The notes under the pieces: model-generated
Told to the model about the DNA's origin: nothing
The model's database searches: none
The model's input: only the letters and a program-made list of their open reading frames with translations
Origin: Bacteroidota bacterium
GTDB lineage: Bacteria > Bacteroidota > Bacteroidia > Cytophagales > Cyclobacteriaceae
Direction of reading: 5' to 3'
DNA length: 64,000 nucleotides
Assembly: GCA_018267195.1 (NCBI GenBank)
Contig: JAFDYY010000003.1
Location: 46,686 to 110,685, forward strand
Part shown: piece after piece, positions 46,656 to 56,400 of the stretch
Layout: each line of letters opens with the position of its first letter
Numbering within the stretch: position 1 is the first letter of the stretch
Position numbers and translations under genes: made by a program

Positions 46656-46832
46656 ATGGGAAAAGGAGATAAAAAATCGGAGCAGGGAAAACGTTGGAGG
46701 GGATCGTATGGAAATTCGCGTAACAGAAAAAAAATTAAAACCCGATTGAAAAGGGAAGCGAATAAAAAACATTCGGCCGTTTCGACCGAAAAACCGAAAA
46801 CGAAAAAACCTACTAAGAAAAAAGAAGACTAA
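46656..46832 (+). CDS. 30S ribosomal protein bTHX homolog with a Lys-rich C-terminal extension (58 aa; below the ORF-track size cut-off)
   Basis: Translation: MGKGDKKSEQGKRWRGSYGNSRNRKKIKTRLKREANKKHSAVSTEKPKTKKPTKKKED. The first ~26 residues match the Thermus Thx sequence as I recall it ([25 protein letters not shown]) at about 16 positions. The minus-strand track ORF 46614..46871 is its shadow. Confidence 0.7.
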   Translation: MGKGDKKSEQGKRWRGSYGNSRNRKKIKTRLKREANKKHSAVSTEKPKTKKPTKKKED

Positions 46833-46835
46833 AAA

Positions 46836-46910
46836 ATGAATCGTTTTTCTATCAATGCATGGTGGTGGCACAGATCAGTAAGTGATCGGTGCTTGTCTTT
46901 GTATTGTTGA
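46836..46910 (+). CDS. trp operon leader peptide (24 aa, three consecutive Trp codons)
   Basis: ATG at 46836, TGA at 46908-46910: MNRFSINAWWWHRSVSDRCLSLYC. TGG TGG TGG at 46860-46868. It is followed by alternative hairpins and a terminator directly upstream of trpE. Confidence 0.65.
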   Translation: MNRFSINAWWWHRSVSDRCLSLYC

Positions 46911-46969
46911 AATAGATTTAACATAAATACCAAAGCCCGCCCGGTCAGCCCGAGCGGGTTTTTTGTTTT
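46868..46969 (+). promoter_or_regulatory. trp transcription attenuator (1:2 pause/anti-antiterminator, 2:3 antiterminator, 3:4 terminator)
   Basis: 1:2 is 46868-46877 with 46883-46892 (9 bp, one mismatch). 2:3 is 46883-46892 with 46939-46947 (9 pairs including one G.U and one bulge). 3:4 is 46936-46944 with 46950-46958, followed by a T-tract. Confidence 0.55.
46936..46969 (+). terminator. Rho-independent terminator (attenuator 3:4 hairpin)
   Basis: CCCGC-C-CGG (46936-46944), loop TCAGC, CCG-A-GCGGG (46950-46958): 8 G/C-rich bp with one C/A mismatch, followed by TTTTTTGTTTT. It ends ~20 nt before the trpE ATG. Confidence 0.8.
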
Positions 46970-46990
46970 ATTATCCTCAACAAAGTAGAA

Positions 46991-48385
46991 ATGAAATACC
47001 GTTTAAACACAAATTATAAAAAGTTACTGGCCGACACGCTGACACCGGTAAACATTTACCTGAAACTGCGCGATGTATTTACAGCCAGTATTTTATTGGA
47101 GAGTTCGGATTACCATGGCACCGAAAATAGTTTGTCGCTGATTTGTTGCGAACCGATTGCCTCTTTTACGCTACACCATAATGTATTAACGCAACGGTTT
47201 CCTGATGGAACAGTTACCCAAACAAAAGCAGATACTGCACTTCCTATTCCTGCGCAACTGGAGGCTTTTAAAAACTCATTTGACTTGAGCCATGCCGAAG
47301 CTCCTTTCCGTTCGCTTGGCTTGTTTGGTTATACTTCGTTTGATACCGTACGTTATTTTGAAGATGTAGATTATAAAGTAAAAGATGCGAGCATTCCGGA
47401 TATGGTGTATAAATTGTTCCGCTACGTAATTGTGGTAGATCATTTTCATAATGATTTGCGATTGCACGAGTTTATCTATAACGATCAGCCCAGCCAGCTT
47501 CACCGAATCGAACAGATTATTTTTAGTAACCGGTTTTCTACTTTTCGTTTTTGTGCCGATGGCGCTGAGCAATCTAACTACACAGATCCGGAGTTTTTAG
47601 AGCTCATAGAAAAAGGCAAACAACATTGTTACCGGGGTGATGTATTCCAGATTGTATTGTCGCGAAGGTTTACTCAGGCTTTCCAGGGCGATGACTTTAA
47701 TGTATATCGGGCGTTGCGTTCGATTAACCCATCTCCGTATCTTTTTTACTTCGACTTTGGGAGTTTTAAGTTGTTTGGCTCTTCGCCCGAAGCCCAACTT
47801 CAGATAAAAAATAACCAGGCTTATATCTACCCGATTGCCGGTACTTTCCGCAGAAGTGGCAACGACCAGGAAGATGCGGCTTTAGCCGAGAAGCTTTCGG
47901 TTGATGAAAAAGAAAATGCCGAACATGTAATGTTGGTAGATTTAGCCCGCAATGACATGAGCCGCAATGCCCGTGAGGTAAGGGTTGAAATTTTTAAAGA
48001 AGTGCAATACTATTCTCACGTTATTCATTTGGTGTCAAAGGTTTCCGGACGGCTTAATGAAAATACCTCGACTGCACAACTTTTTGCAGATACCTTTCCG
48101 GCCGGTACTTTATCAGGAGCGCCTAAGGTAATGGCAATGAAATTGATAGGAGAATATGAAAAGAACAACCGCCATTTTTATGGAGGTGCTATTGGGCTGA
48201 TCAGCTTCGATGGTTCATTAAATAAAGCCATTATGATTCGTACATTCCTAAGTCAAAATAATGAATTGACCTATCAGGCCGGAGCCGGCATCGTTTCCAA
48301 ATCTGATCACTCTTCCGAACTACAGGAAGTAAACAACAAAATAGCCGCGTTGCGCAAAGCCATTAAAATGGCAGAAAATATTTAG
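46991..48385 (+). CDS. trpE: Anthranilate synthase component I
   Basis: Chorismate-binding enzyme motifs (LLESSD, GTLSGAPKVMAM, GGAIG); first gene of the trp cluster. Confidence 0.93.
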   Translation: MKYRLNTNYKKLLADTLTPVNIYLKLRDVFTASILLESSDYHGTENSLSLICCEPIASFTLHHNVLTQRFPDGTVTQTKADTALPIPAQLEAFKNSFDLSHAEAPFRSLGLFGYTSFDTVRYFEDVDYKVKDASIPDMVYKLFRYVIVVDHFHNDLRLHEFIYNDQPSQLHRIEQIIFSNRFSTFRFCADGAEQSNYTDPEFLELIEKGKQHCYRGDVFQIVLSRRFTQAFQGDDFNVYRALRSINPSPYLFYFDFGSFKLFGSSPEAQLQIKNNQAYIYPIAGTFRRSGNDQEDAALAEKLSVDEKENAEHVMLVDLARNDMSRNAREVRVEIFKEVQYYSHVIHLVSKVSGRLNENTSTAQLFADTFPAGTLSGAPKVMAMKLIGEYEKNNRHFYGGAIGLISFDGSLNKAIMIRTFLSQNNELTYQAGAGIVSKSDHSSELQEVNNKIAALRKAIKMAENI

Positions 48386-48398
48386 ATAACTATCTGAC

Positions 48399-48965
48399 AT
48401 GAAAATATTAGTTCTTGATAATTACGACTCATTCACCTTCAACCTGGTGCATATTATCCGGGCATTGGGATACCAACCTGATGTTTTTAGAAATGATAAA
48501 ATATCATTGGAGGATGCCGGACGCTATGATAAAATTCTATTATCGCCCGGACCGGGTATTCCTGATGAAGCCGGTATTATGAAAAAAGTAGTTGAAAAAT
48601 ACGGACCCACTAAAAGTATTCTAGGTATTTGCCTGGGGCATCAGGGAATTGCTGAAGTGTATGGAGCCCGACTTTTTAATATTCCCAATGTATTGCATGG
48701 TGTTACCTCTACCGGAATAGTAAAAGATGAGCAGGAGGAGTTATTTAAAAACGTATCAAAAAATTTTAGATGCACTCATTACCATTCATGGGCCGTATTA
48801 CCCGAAAGTATTCCCGTTGACTTAAAAGTAACGGCTGTTAATACAGAGGGCTTAGTATTGGGAATTCGTCATGTACAGTACGATGTTAAGGGGTTGCAAT
48901 TTCATCCTGAATCAATCATGACCGAAGAAGGACCGACCATGATTAAAAACTGGTTGATGAACTGA
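48399..48965 (+). CDS. trpG: Anthranilate synthase component II (glutamine amidotransferase; may also serve PabA)
   Basis: Class I GATase with the catalytic Cys in GICLGHQ and FHPES near the C-terminus. Confidence 0.92.
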   Translation: MKILVLDNYDSFTFNLVHIIRALGYQPDVFRNDKISLEDAGRYDKILLSPGPGIPDEAGIMKKVVEKYGPTKSILGICLGHQGIAEVYGARLFNIPNVLHGVTSTGIVKDEQEELFKNVSKNFRCTHYHSWAVLPESIPVDLKVTAVNTEGLVLGIRHVQYDVKGLQFHPESIMTEEGPTMIKNWLMN

Positions 48966-48991
48966 ATATTTTTTAGTAAGAAAAAAACAAA

Positions 48992-49978
48992 ATGAAAGAG
49001 ATACTTACAGAATTGATAGACCATCGCGCGCTTACCAAAGAAACTGCCAAACGGGTGCTGGTTGATCTGGCTTCAGGCAAAATTAATCCCAGCCAGATTT
49101 CATCTTTTATGACCGTTTACATGATGCGTGGCATTACCGTAGATGAACTGGAGGGGTTTCGCGATGCCATGTTGGAGTTATGCATTCCAGTGCAATTTGA
49201 TGAGCCCGTAATGGATTTGTGTGGCACCGGGGGCGATGCAAAAAATACTTTTAATATTTCTACCCTTAGCTCGTTTGTGGTAGCGGCAGCCGGCCAACCG
49301 GTAGCTAAACACGGCAACTATGGCGTTTCTTCGTTTTCGGGTTCTTCTAATATTTTAGAATATTTCGGGTATCAGTTTACTAATAACCCGGACGAACTAC
49401 ATCGCAGTTTGAATCGCGCTAATATTTGTTTTATGCATGCGCCATTGTTTCACCCGGCTATGAAAAATGTAGCTCCTATACGTAAAGAACTGGGAGTAAA
49501 AACATTTTTTAATATGCTGGGCCCGATGGTAAACCCCGCGTTTCCAAAGAGGCAAATGGTGGGGGTTTTTAATTTAGAGTTGGCACGCCAATATGGATAC
49601 TTGTATGCACGAACAGATAAAAATTTTTTGATTCTTCATTCTACCGATGGGTTTGACGAAGTTTCACTTACCGGTGCCGTTAAATATTTTTCCAATCGTG
49701 GTGAAAGCCTGATGGAGCCCGAAGATATGAAATTACCCCGCCTTACATTAGCCGATTTACAGGGTGGCTCAACAATGAAAGAAGCCGCACAAATTTTTAT
49801 GAACGTATTGGAGGGAGGCGGTACTCCTCAGCAAAATTCAGTTGTCATAGCGAATGCCGGAATGGCGCTGTTTTGTGCTGATCAGAAAAAAAGTATTGAC
49901 GATGCGCTGGCCATCGCCCAAGAAGCGTTAGAGTCGGGCAGGGCTTTGTCTGCATTTATAAAACTTTTAAACCGGTAA
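48992..49978 (+). CDS. trpD: Anthranilate phosphoribosyltransferase
   Basis: Motifs DLCGTGGD and KHGNYGVSS. Confidence 0.93.
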   Translation: MKEILTELIDHRALTKETAKRVLVDLASGKINPSQISSFMTVYMMRGITVDELEGFRDAMLELCIPVQFDEPVMDLCGTGGDAKNTFNISTLSSFVVAAAGQPVAKHGNYGVSSFSGSSNILEYFGYQFTNNPDELHRSLNRANICFMHAPLFHPAMKNVAPIRKELGVKTFFNMLGPMVNPAFPKRQMVGVFNLELARQYGYLYARTDKNFLILHSTDGFDEVSLTGAVKYFSNRGESLMEPEDMKLPRLTLADLQGGSTMKEAAQIFMNVLEGGGTPQQNSVVIANAGMALFCADQKKSIDDALAIAQEALESGRALSAFIKLLNR

Positions 49979-49981
49979 TGC

Positions 49982-50776
49982 ATGAATATTCTTGAAAAAA
50001 TTATCGAGCATAAAAAACAAGAAGTAGGAGAACGAAAAAAAAGAATTTCGATAAAACAACTTGAACAAAACAGATATTTTTTTTCACAGCCATTTTCTTT
50101 TAAAAAAAGTATCCAAGACAAAGACCGATTTGGCATCATCGCTGAGTTTAAACGGAAATCACCTTCAAAAGGAGTTATCAATGATGTGGCTGATGTGGCA
50201 CAGGTTACTACCGGCTATGTGCAAGCCGGTGCCAGTGCACTTTCTATTTTGACCGATGCTACTTTTTTTGGAGGCTGTCATGAAGATTTAGTAACAGCGA
50301 GAAAACTGAACCAATGCCCGATTTTGAGAAAGGATTTTATTATAGATGAATACCAAATAGTGGAGGCCAAATCTATTGGGGCAGATGCCATTTTATTAAT
50401 TGCGGCTATTTTAAAACCTGAACAGATAAAATACCTGAGCGATTTTGCTCATAGCTTTGGTTTAGAAGTACTGTTAGAAGTTCATTCGTTTAAGGAATTG
50501 TACCCTGAAGTATTTTCATCTGTTGATTTGATTGGTGTAAATAATCGCAACTTAAAAACGTTTGAAGTTGATATTAATCTCTCTAAAAAACTTTTGCCAT
50601 TTATTCCGGATAACATCGTAAAAATTTCCGAAAGCGGTATCAGCCAACCGGAAACAATTATAGATTTAAGAAAGCAGGGCTACGAAGGCTTTTTGATGGG
50701 CGAAAATTTTATGAAACATAACCGGCCCGAGTTAGCGGCAGCCGATTTTATTTTAACCCTCAAAGCGTTAGCATGA
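49982..50776 (+). CDS. trpC: Indole-3-glycerol phosphate synthase
   Basis: Motifs IIAEFKRKSPSKG, LRKDFIIDEYQI and IGVNNRNL. Confidence 0.93.
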   Translation: MNILEKIIEHKKQEVGERKKRISIKQLEQNRYFFSQPFSFKKSIQDKDRFGIIAEFKRKSPSKGVINDVADVAQVTTGYVQAGASALSILTDATFFGGCHEDLVTARKLNQCPILRKDFIIDEYQIVEAKSIGADAILLIAAILKPEQIKYLSDFAHSFGLEVLLEVHSFKELYPEVFSSVDLIGVNNRNLKTFEVDINLSKKLLPFIPDNIVKISESGISQPETIIDLRKQGYEGFLMGENFMKHNRPELAAADFILTLKALA

Positions 50777-51399
50777 ATTTAAAAACTAAAATTTGTGGCA
50801 TGCGCGAACTGCAAAACATACGAGAGGTGGCAGCACTTTGCCCTGACTTTATGGGATTTATTTTTTATGAAAAATCGAAACGGTTTGTAGGAGATGATTT
50901 TTTTATACCGTCTGATTTTCCTGATACCATAAAACGTGTGGGTGTTTTTGTAAATGAACCTGTTGTTTCGATTGGAGAAAAAATTACAAAGCATCATCTT
51001 GACGTAGTTCAATTACACGGAGATGAACCGCCTGTTCACTGCAAAAAATTAAAGCTAATAACACAAGTTGTAAAAGCTTTTCAGGTAGATGAATTTTTTG
51101 ATTTTAATCTGACTAAACCTTTTGTTCCTTTTGTCGATTATTTTTTATTCGATACCAAAAGCACCAGCTATGGCGGCTCCGGCAAAATATTTGATTGGAC
51201 TTTACTCCGGAAATATAATGAAGTAGTTCCCTTTTTTTTAAGCGGAGGAATTTCGCTTGATCATATCGATACGATAGCTAACCTAAAATTTAAACACCTG
51301 TTTGCAGTGGATGTAAACAGTGGAGTGGAGTCGGAGCCCGGGGTTAAAGACCCTGTCAAAGTAAATTCCATTATACAAGCGATATCATTTTATTCTTAA
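50773..51399 (+). CDS. trpF: Phosphoribosylanthranilate isomerase
   Basis: N-terminal KICGM motif, VQLHGDE and DVNSGVE. ATGA overlap with trpC. Confidence 0.9.
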   Translation: MNLKTKICGMRELQNIREVAALCPDFMGFIFYEKSKRFVGDDFFIPSDFPDTIKRVGVFVNEPVVSIGEKITKHHLDVVQLHGDEPPVHCKKLKLITQVVKAFQVDEFFDFNLTKPFVPFVDYFLFDTKSTSYGGSGKIFDWTLLRKYNEVVPFFLSGGISLDHIDTIANLKFKHLFAVDVNSGVESEPGVKDPVKVNSIIQAISFYS

Positions 51400-51421
51400 A
51401 CTAACTCTAATCTTTTATAAG

Positions 51422-52603
51422 ATGAAATATACGATAGATAAAAACGGATACTACGGAAAATTCGGAGGTTCATTCATTCCCGAAATGTTGTACCCGAATG
51501 TAGAAGAACTCCGGTTGAATTATCAGGCCATTATGCAGTCACCTGAATTTAAAAACGAATTTCAATATTTGCTCCGGCATTATGTAGGCCGGCCTACTCC
51601 GTTATTTTTTGCTGCTCGTCTTTCTGAAAAATACCGGGCTAAAATTTTTTTAAAACGCGAAGATCTTTGTCACACGGGGGCGCACAAAATCAATAACACC
51701 ATTGGTCAGATATTGTTGGCCAGGCGATTAGGTAAAGGCAAGATCATTGCCGAAACAGGAGCCGGGCAACACGGAGTGGCTACGGCTACGGTGTGCGCAC
51801 TGATGGGGATGGACTGCATCGTGTATATGGGGAAACTCGATATGGAAAGACAACGCCCAAATGTAGAGCGGATGAGAATCTTAGGTGCACGGGTCATCGC
51901 TGCCACCTCGGGCAACATGACGCTGAAAGATGCTACGAACGAAGCTATGCGCCACTGGATTAATCACCCTACTGATACACATTATATTATTGGCTCAGTG
52001 GTAGGGCCACATCCATATCCGGATATGGTGGCGCAGTTTCAGTCGGTAATTAGTGAAGAAATAAAAAATCAGCTACAAAATGATATCGGAAATCCATACC
52101 CGGATTATGTGGTAGCTTGTGTTGGTGGTGGCAGCAATGCAGCCGGTGCGTATTATCATTTCCTTAACGATGAACACGTGCAACTGATAGGAGTGGAGGC
52201 AGCCGGAAAGGGAGTAAACACAAACGAATCGGCAGCCACCACAGCTCTGGGGAAAGTAGGTATTTTGCATGGCAGCAAATCGCTGCTGATGCAGACAGAA
52301 GATGGTCAGGTAATTGAGCCTTATTCCATTTCGGCAGGACTGGATTATCCTGGCATTGGGCCGTTGCATGCACACTTGTTTGATGTCGGGCGCGTTCAGT
52401 TTATAAACGCTACTGATGATGAAGCGATGAATGCGGGTATTGAGCTGAGCCGCCTGGAGGGAATTATACCGGCTATTGAAAGTGCCCACGCGGTAGCAGC
52501 CCTTAGCCAGTTAACGTTGAGCGAAGAGGATGTAGTGGTGCTAAACCTGTCGGGAAGGGGAGATAAAGATTTAGAGACCTACATTAAATGGGGAAGGTAT
52601 TGA
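51422..52603 (+). CDS. trpB: Tryptophan synthase beta chain
   Basis: PLP-lysine context [11 protein letters not shown], plus GGGSNA and [11 protein letters not shown]. Confidence 0.95.
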   Translation: MKYTIDKNGYYGKFGGSFIPEMLYPNVEELRLNYQAIMQSPEFKNEFQYLLRHYVGRPTPLFFAARLSEKYRAKIFLKREDLCHTGAHKINNTIGQILLARRLGKGKIIAETGAGQHGVATATVCALMGMDCIVYMGKLDMERQRPNVERMRILGARVIAATSGNMTLKDATNEAMRHWINHPTDTHYIIGSVVGPHPYPDMVAQFQSVISEEIKNQLQNDIGNPYPDYVVACVGGGSNAAGAYYHFLNDEHVQLIGVEAAGKGVNTNESAATTALGKVGILHGSKSLLMQTEDGQVIEPYSISAGLDYPGIGPLHAHLFDVGRVQFINATDDEAMNAGIELSRLEGIIPAIESAHAVAALSQLTLSEEDVVVLNLSGRGDKDLETYIKWGRY

Positions 52604-52634
52604 AGGCAGATAAACTACTAACAAAATTCTTATC

Positions 52635-53411
52635 ATGAACCGAATTCACGAATTGTTTAAACGAAAAAATAAAAACATACTATCTGTTTTTTTTACGGCC
52701 GGATTTCCAAAATTAGATGACACCAAAACGATTGCCATTGCTTTGGAAAAAGCCGGAGCAGACATCATAGAAATCGGTATTCCATTTTCTGATCCGGTAG
52801 CAGACGGGCCCGTGATTCAGCAAAGCAATAAAACGGCTCTGGATAACGGAATGAATGTAAAATTACTTTTGAAACAAGTTACGGAAATCAGGAAAACGGT
52901 TAAGTTGCCGATTATCTTGATGGGGTATTTGAACCCAGTGATGCAGTATGGGGTAGAGAAGTTTTGTGCCGAGGCAAAACAAGCGGGTGTAGATGGTTTG
53001 ATTCTTCCGGATCTTCCTATACGGGAATACGAAACAGAGTGTAAATCATTTTTTCATATAAATGATTTGTTAAACATATTTTTGATTTCGCCCACAACAT
53101 CGGCTCAGCGAATAATAGAAATAGACAAGGCATCAAGCGGATTTATCTATGCCGTGTCCGCTTCGAGCACTACCGGGTCAAAGACGGATTTATCCGGTGA
53201 GCAGGAAAACTATTTACAAAAACTGAAAGGGATGAAATTGAAAAATCCATTTTTAGTAGGCTTTGGTATTTCCAATTGCGCTGCCTTTTCCAAAGTATGT
53301 CGGTATGGAGCCGGGGCAATCGTAGGTAGTGCGTTTATTAATTTATTAAAGAATACTTCTTCCATGGAAGAAGATATTAACCGGTTTGTGAAGGAGATGA
53401 TGGAGGGATAA
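52635..53411 (+). CDS. trpA: Tryptophan synthase alpha chain
   Basis: Motifs DIIEIGIPFSDPVADGPVIQ and GFGIS. Confidence 0.93.
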   Translation: MNRIHELFKRKNKNILSVFFTAGFPKLDDTKTIAIALEKAGADIIEIGIPFSDPVADGPVIQQSNKTALDNGMNVKLLLKQVTEIRKTVKLPIILMGYLNPVMQYGVEKFCAEAKQAGVDGLILPDLPIREYETECKSFFHINDLLNIFLISPTTSAQRIIEIDKASSGFIYAVSASSTTGSKTDLSGEQENYLQKLKGMKLKNPFLVGFGISNCAAFSKVCRYGAGAIVGSAFINLLKNTSSMEEDINRFVKEMMEG

Positions 53412-53422
53412 AAAGAAAATCG

Positions 53423-56400
53423 TTATTGAGAGTTAAAATCCTTGGGATGGCAGTGGTACATTTCATTAAATGATTTGTAAAAATAAGATCTGCTGTTGAA
53501 ACCGGTTTCATAAATTACCTCTGATACACTGAGGGAAGAATTTTTTAATAACTCTCCGGCTTTCTTAAGTCTATATTGTTTAATTAGTCCATGCGGAGTT
53601 AAACCAGTTATGGTTTTTATTTTTTTATACAACGAAGCCTTACTCATGCCAACTTCCTCTTCAATTTCATTAGCATTAAAATCTGGTTTCCCCAAATTTT
53701 TCTGAATACATGAAATAATTTTTGAAAAGAAAATATCTTCTTTCTCATTTATTCCTAATGAACCCTTACTCCATTCAATTGTACCCGAGTCTTGAAATTT
53801 ATTTCGGATCAATTCCATCCGTTCTAAGAGCTTTTCTATACGAATAAATAAGTGTTCAGGATGAAAGGGTTTAGGTATATAAGAATCAGCCCCAACCTGA
53901 AGTCCCTCAATTCGATCTTCTATTTCTACTTTAGCAGTTAGTAAGATTACAGGAATATGGCTTGTTTGAATATTTTCTTTAATTATTTTACACAGAGTTA
54001 GCCCATCAATACTAGGCATCAGAATATCGCTTATTACCAAATCTATCCTTTCTTCTTCCAGTATTGTTAATGCTTTTTGACCATCACTTGCTTTGTAAAC
54101 ATTGTATTTTGGCAGCAGCATATTTTCAAGCAACTCCGTAATTTGGTTATTGTCATCCACTACTAATAGTGAATATACCGGCTTGCTTGCTGAATTATTT
54201 TTTATTTTATCTATTTGCGAAGGATGAGTGTTTGAAAGTTCAAACTCCTGAGATATCCTTTCTTTTATATTGACCAAAGCGTGAGGAGGACTTTGATTTG
54301 CTTGCGGCTGTATTTTAATAGGTATCGTAACCACAAATGTGCTTCCTTTTCCCTCCTTACTAATAACTGTTATATTTCCTTTATGGAGTATGACAAGACT
54401 TTTTGTTAAGGATAATCCAATTCCCGTACTTTTAGTAAATCCGAATTGATCATTAAGTGTTTGCGAACTTTGTTGAAAACTTTCGAATATTTTATCGATA
54501 TCTTTTTCTGGAATCCCTGCACCTTCATCCTTAATAGTGAATTTATAATTTGTTTCATCTTTTTCTAATAGGATGACTACTTGCCCACCTTTATATGAGT
54601 ATTTGATTGCATTAGAAACGAGATTTAGTAATATTTTTTCTATTTTTTTTAGATCTACCAATGCCGTTATCTCATCATGATTTGTATGAAACTCTAAATG
54701 AATATCCCGATCTAGCGCATACTGTTGAAATGATTCTACGATTTGATGGGTGAATCCTACAATCTCAACCGATGCTAATTCCAATCTGTCTTTACCGCTC
54801 TCAATTTTTCTAAACTGGATCAGCTCTTCAATTAATTTTTGAAGACGAATCGAGTTGCTGTAGATTAATTTTAATTGACTTTTAACATCTGGATCACTAC
54901 TCTTTTGCAGCAATGCAGCCGCTGGTCCCAGTATGAGAGTTAGGGGAGTACGAAACTCATGTGCAATATTTGTATAAAACTGTAGCTTATAATCATTTAG
55001 CTCTTTTAATTGTTGAGCTTTAAATCGTTCTATGGCAGCTGTTTTTTTTGTTTTTGCCCGCCACCGAACAATCAATACAATCGAAATTTGAACGCCTATA
55101 AATAGTAAGCTATAGATAATGTAGGCCCATGTGGTTTTCCAAAAGGGTGGAGCTATTACGATAGCTAATGATTTAGGAGAAGAAGACCAAATACCGTTTT
55201 CATTAGTGTATTTTATTTTCAGATGGTAGTGCCCAGGAGGGATATTAGTTAAAGAGATGGTTTGCTGCTGTCCTAATTCATTCCAGTTATTGTCAAAATT
55301 TTCAAGCCTATAGGCAAACTTACTTTTGTCTTTGGTCCAATAGTCTAACGTTGTAAACGAAAAGCTAATAAAATTTTGATTGTATGTTAAATTAATTTCA
55401 TCAGTAAAATTTATGTGCTTGTGGAGGATGTTACTTCCGTCCTTTGCTTTAATTGACTGATTGTATAATATAAAATTACTTATGACCAACTTAGGAAAGT
55501 AGGTTGAAAGATTGAGTTTAGCGGGTTCTATAATATCTAACCCATTGATACCTCCAAAGAAAAGTTGTTCAGATTTTTTTGATGCGTAACTGGCTCCATC
55601 AGTATATTCGCTATTGATTAAGCCGTCTTGGCTATCAAAATTCTTAAAAGAATTGGTTGCGCGGTCAAACATTACCAAACCCCTGTTCGTAGAGAACCAT
55701 ATGTTCGATTTTTTGTCTTCTAAAATAGCATGAATGGTATTGTTCATGAGCCCCTCTCGGGCGGTAAATTTTGTGCTTTGGTAAGGCCTTGTTTTGAGTG
55801 ATAATAAACTGATTCCTCCGCTAGTACCAACCCATAGCTCTTCTTTATTATTAAAAAACAAATTCAGTACATCATCGTTACACAAATTTATTTTTTCGTT
55901 TACATTGGCTTCAATGTGCTCTTCAATTTTTTTAGCAAGGGTGTTATATCTGTATATTCCTCCGCCTCTTGTTCCAAACCAAAGACTATTGGGCCCATCT
56001 TCTATGATGGTATAGACGATGTTACTTTTAATAGAATTTATTTTGTCGCTTGCCGAATGTTTTATCTGGTCTTCTTCGATGAGCACATATCCTCCTGATA
56101 TTCGTTTTTTCATTTTTAGATGAACTACACCATACCCGCTGGTGCCCAGCCATATATCGTTATAAGAATCTACACAAATGGCATAAACCGAACTGAATGC
56201 AATGCTGGTTTTATTTTCGAAATCTCTTGGAAAATGAAAGATGCGGTTGGTTTTATTTTCAATCATATCAATACCCTCTCCATCAGTACCTACCCATAGA
56301 TTCCCTAGGTGATCTTTTTTAAGTGAGAGGACGGCATCATTGCTTAGGCCGTTTTTTGTATTTATTATTTTGGTTTGCTTAGTTTTAGGGTCAAGTATAT

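Noticed and set aside
46614-46871. 85-aa minus-strand ORF in the SGNH-trpE gap
   Set aside because: It has Phe/Arg-rich nonsense composition and is the antisense shadow of the Lys-rich bTHX ORF (46656..46832). The plus-strand reading has a recognisable family signature.
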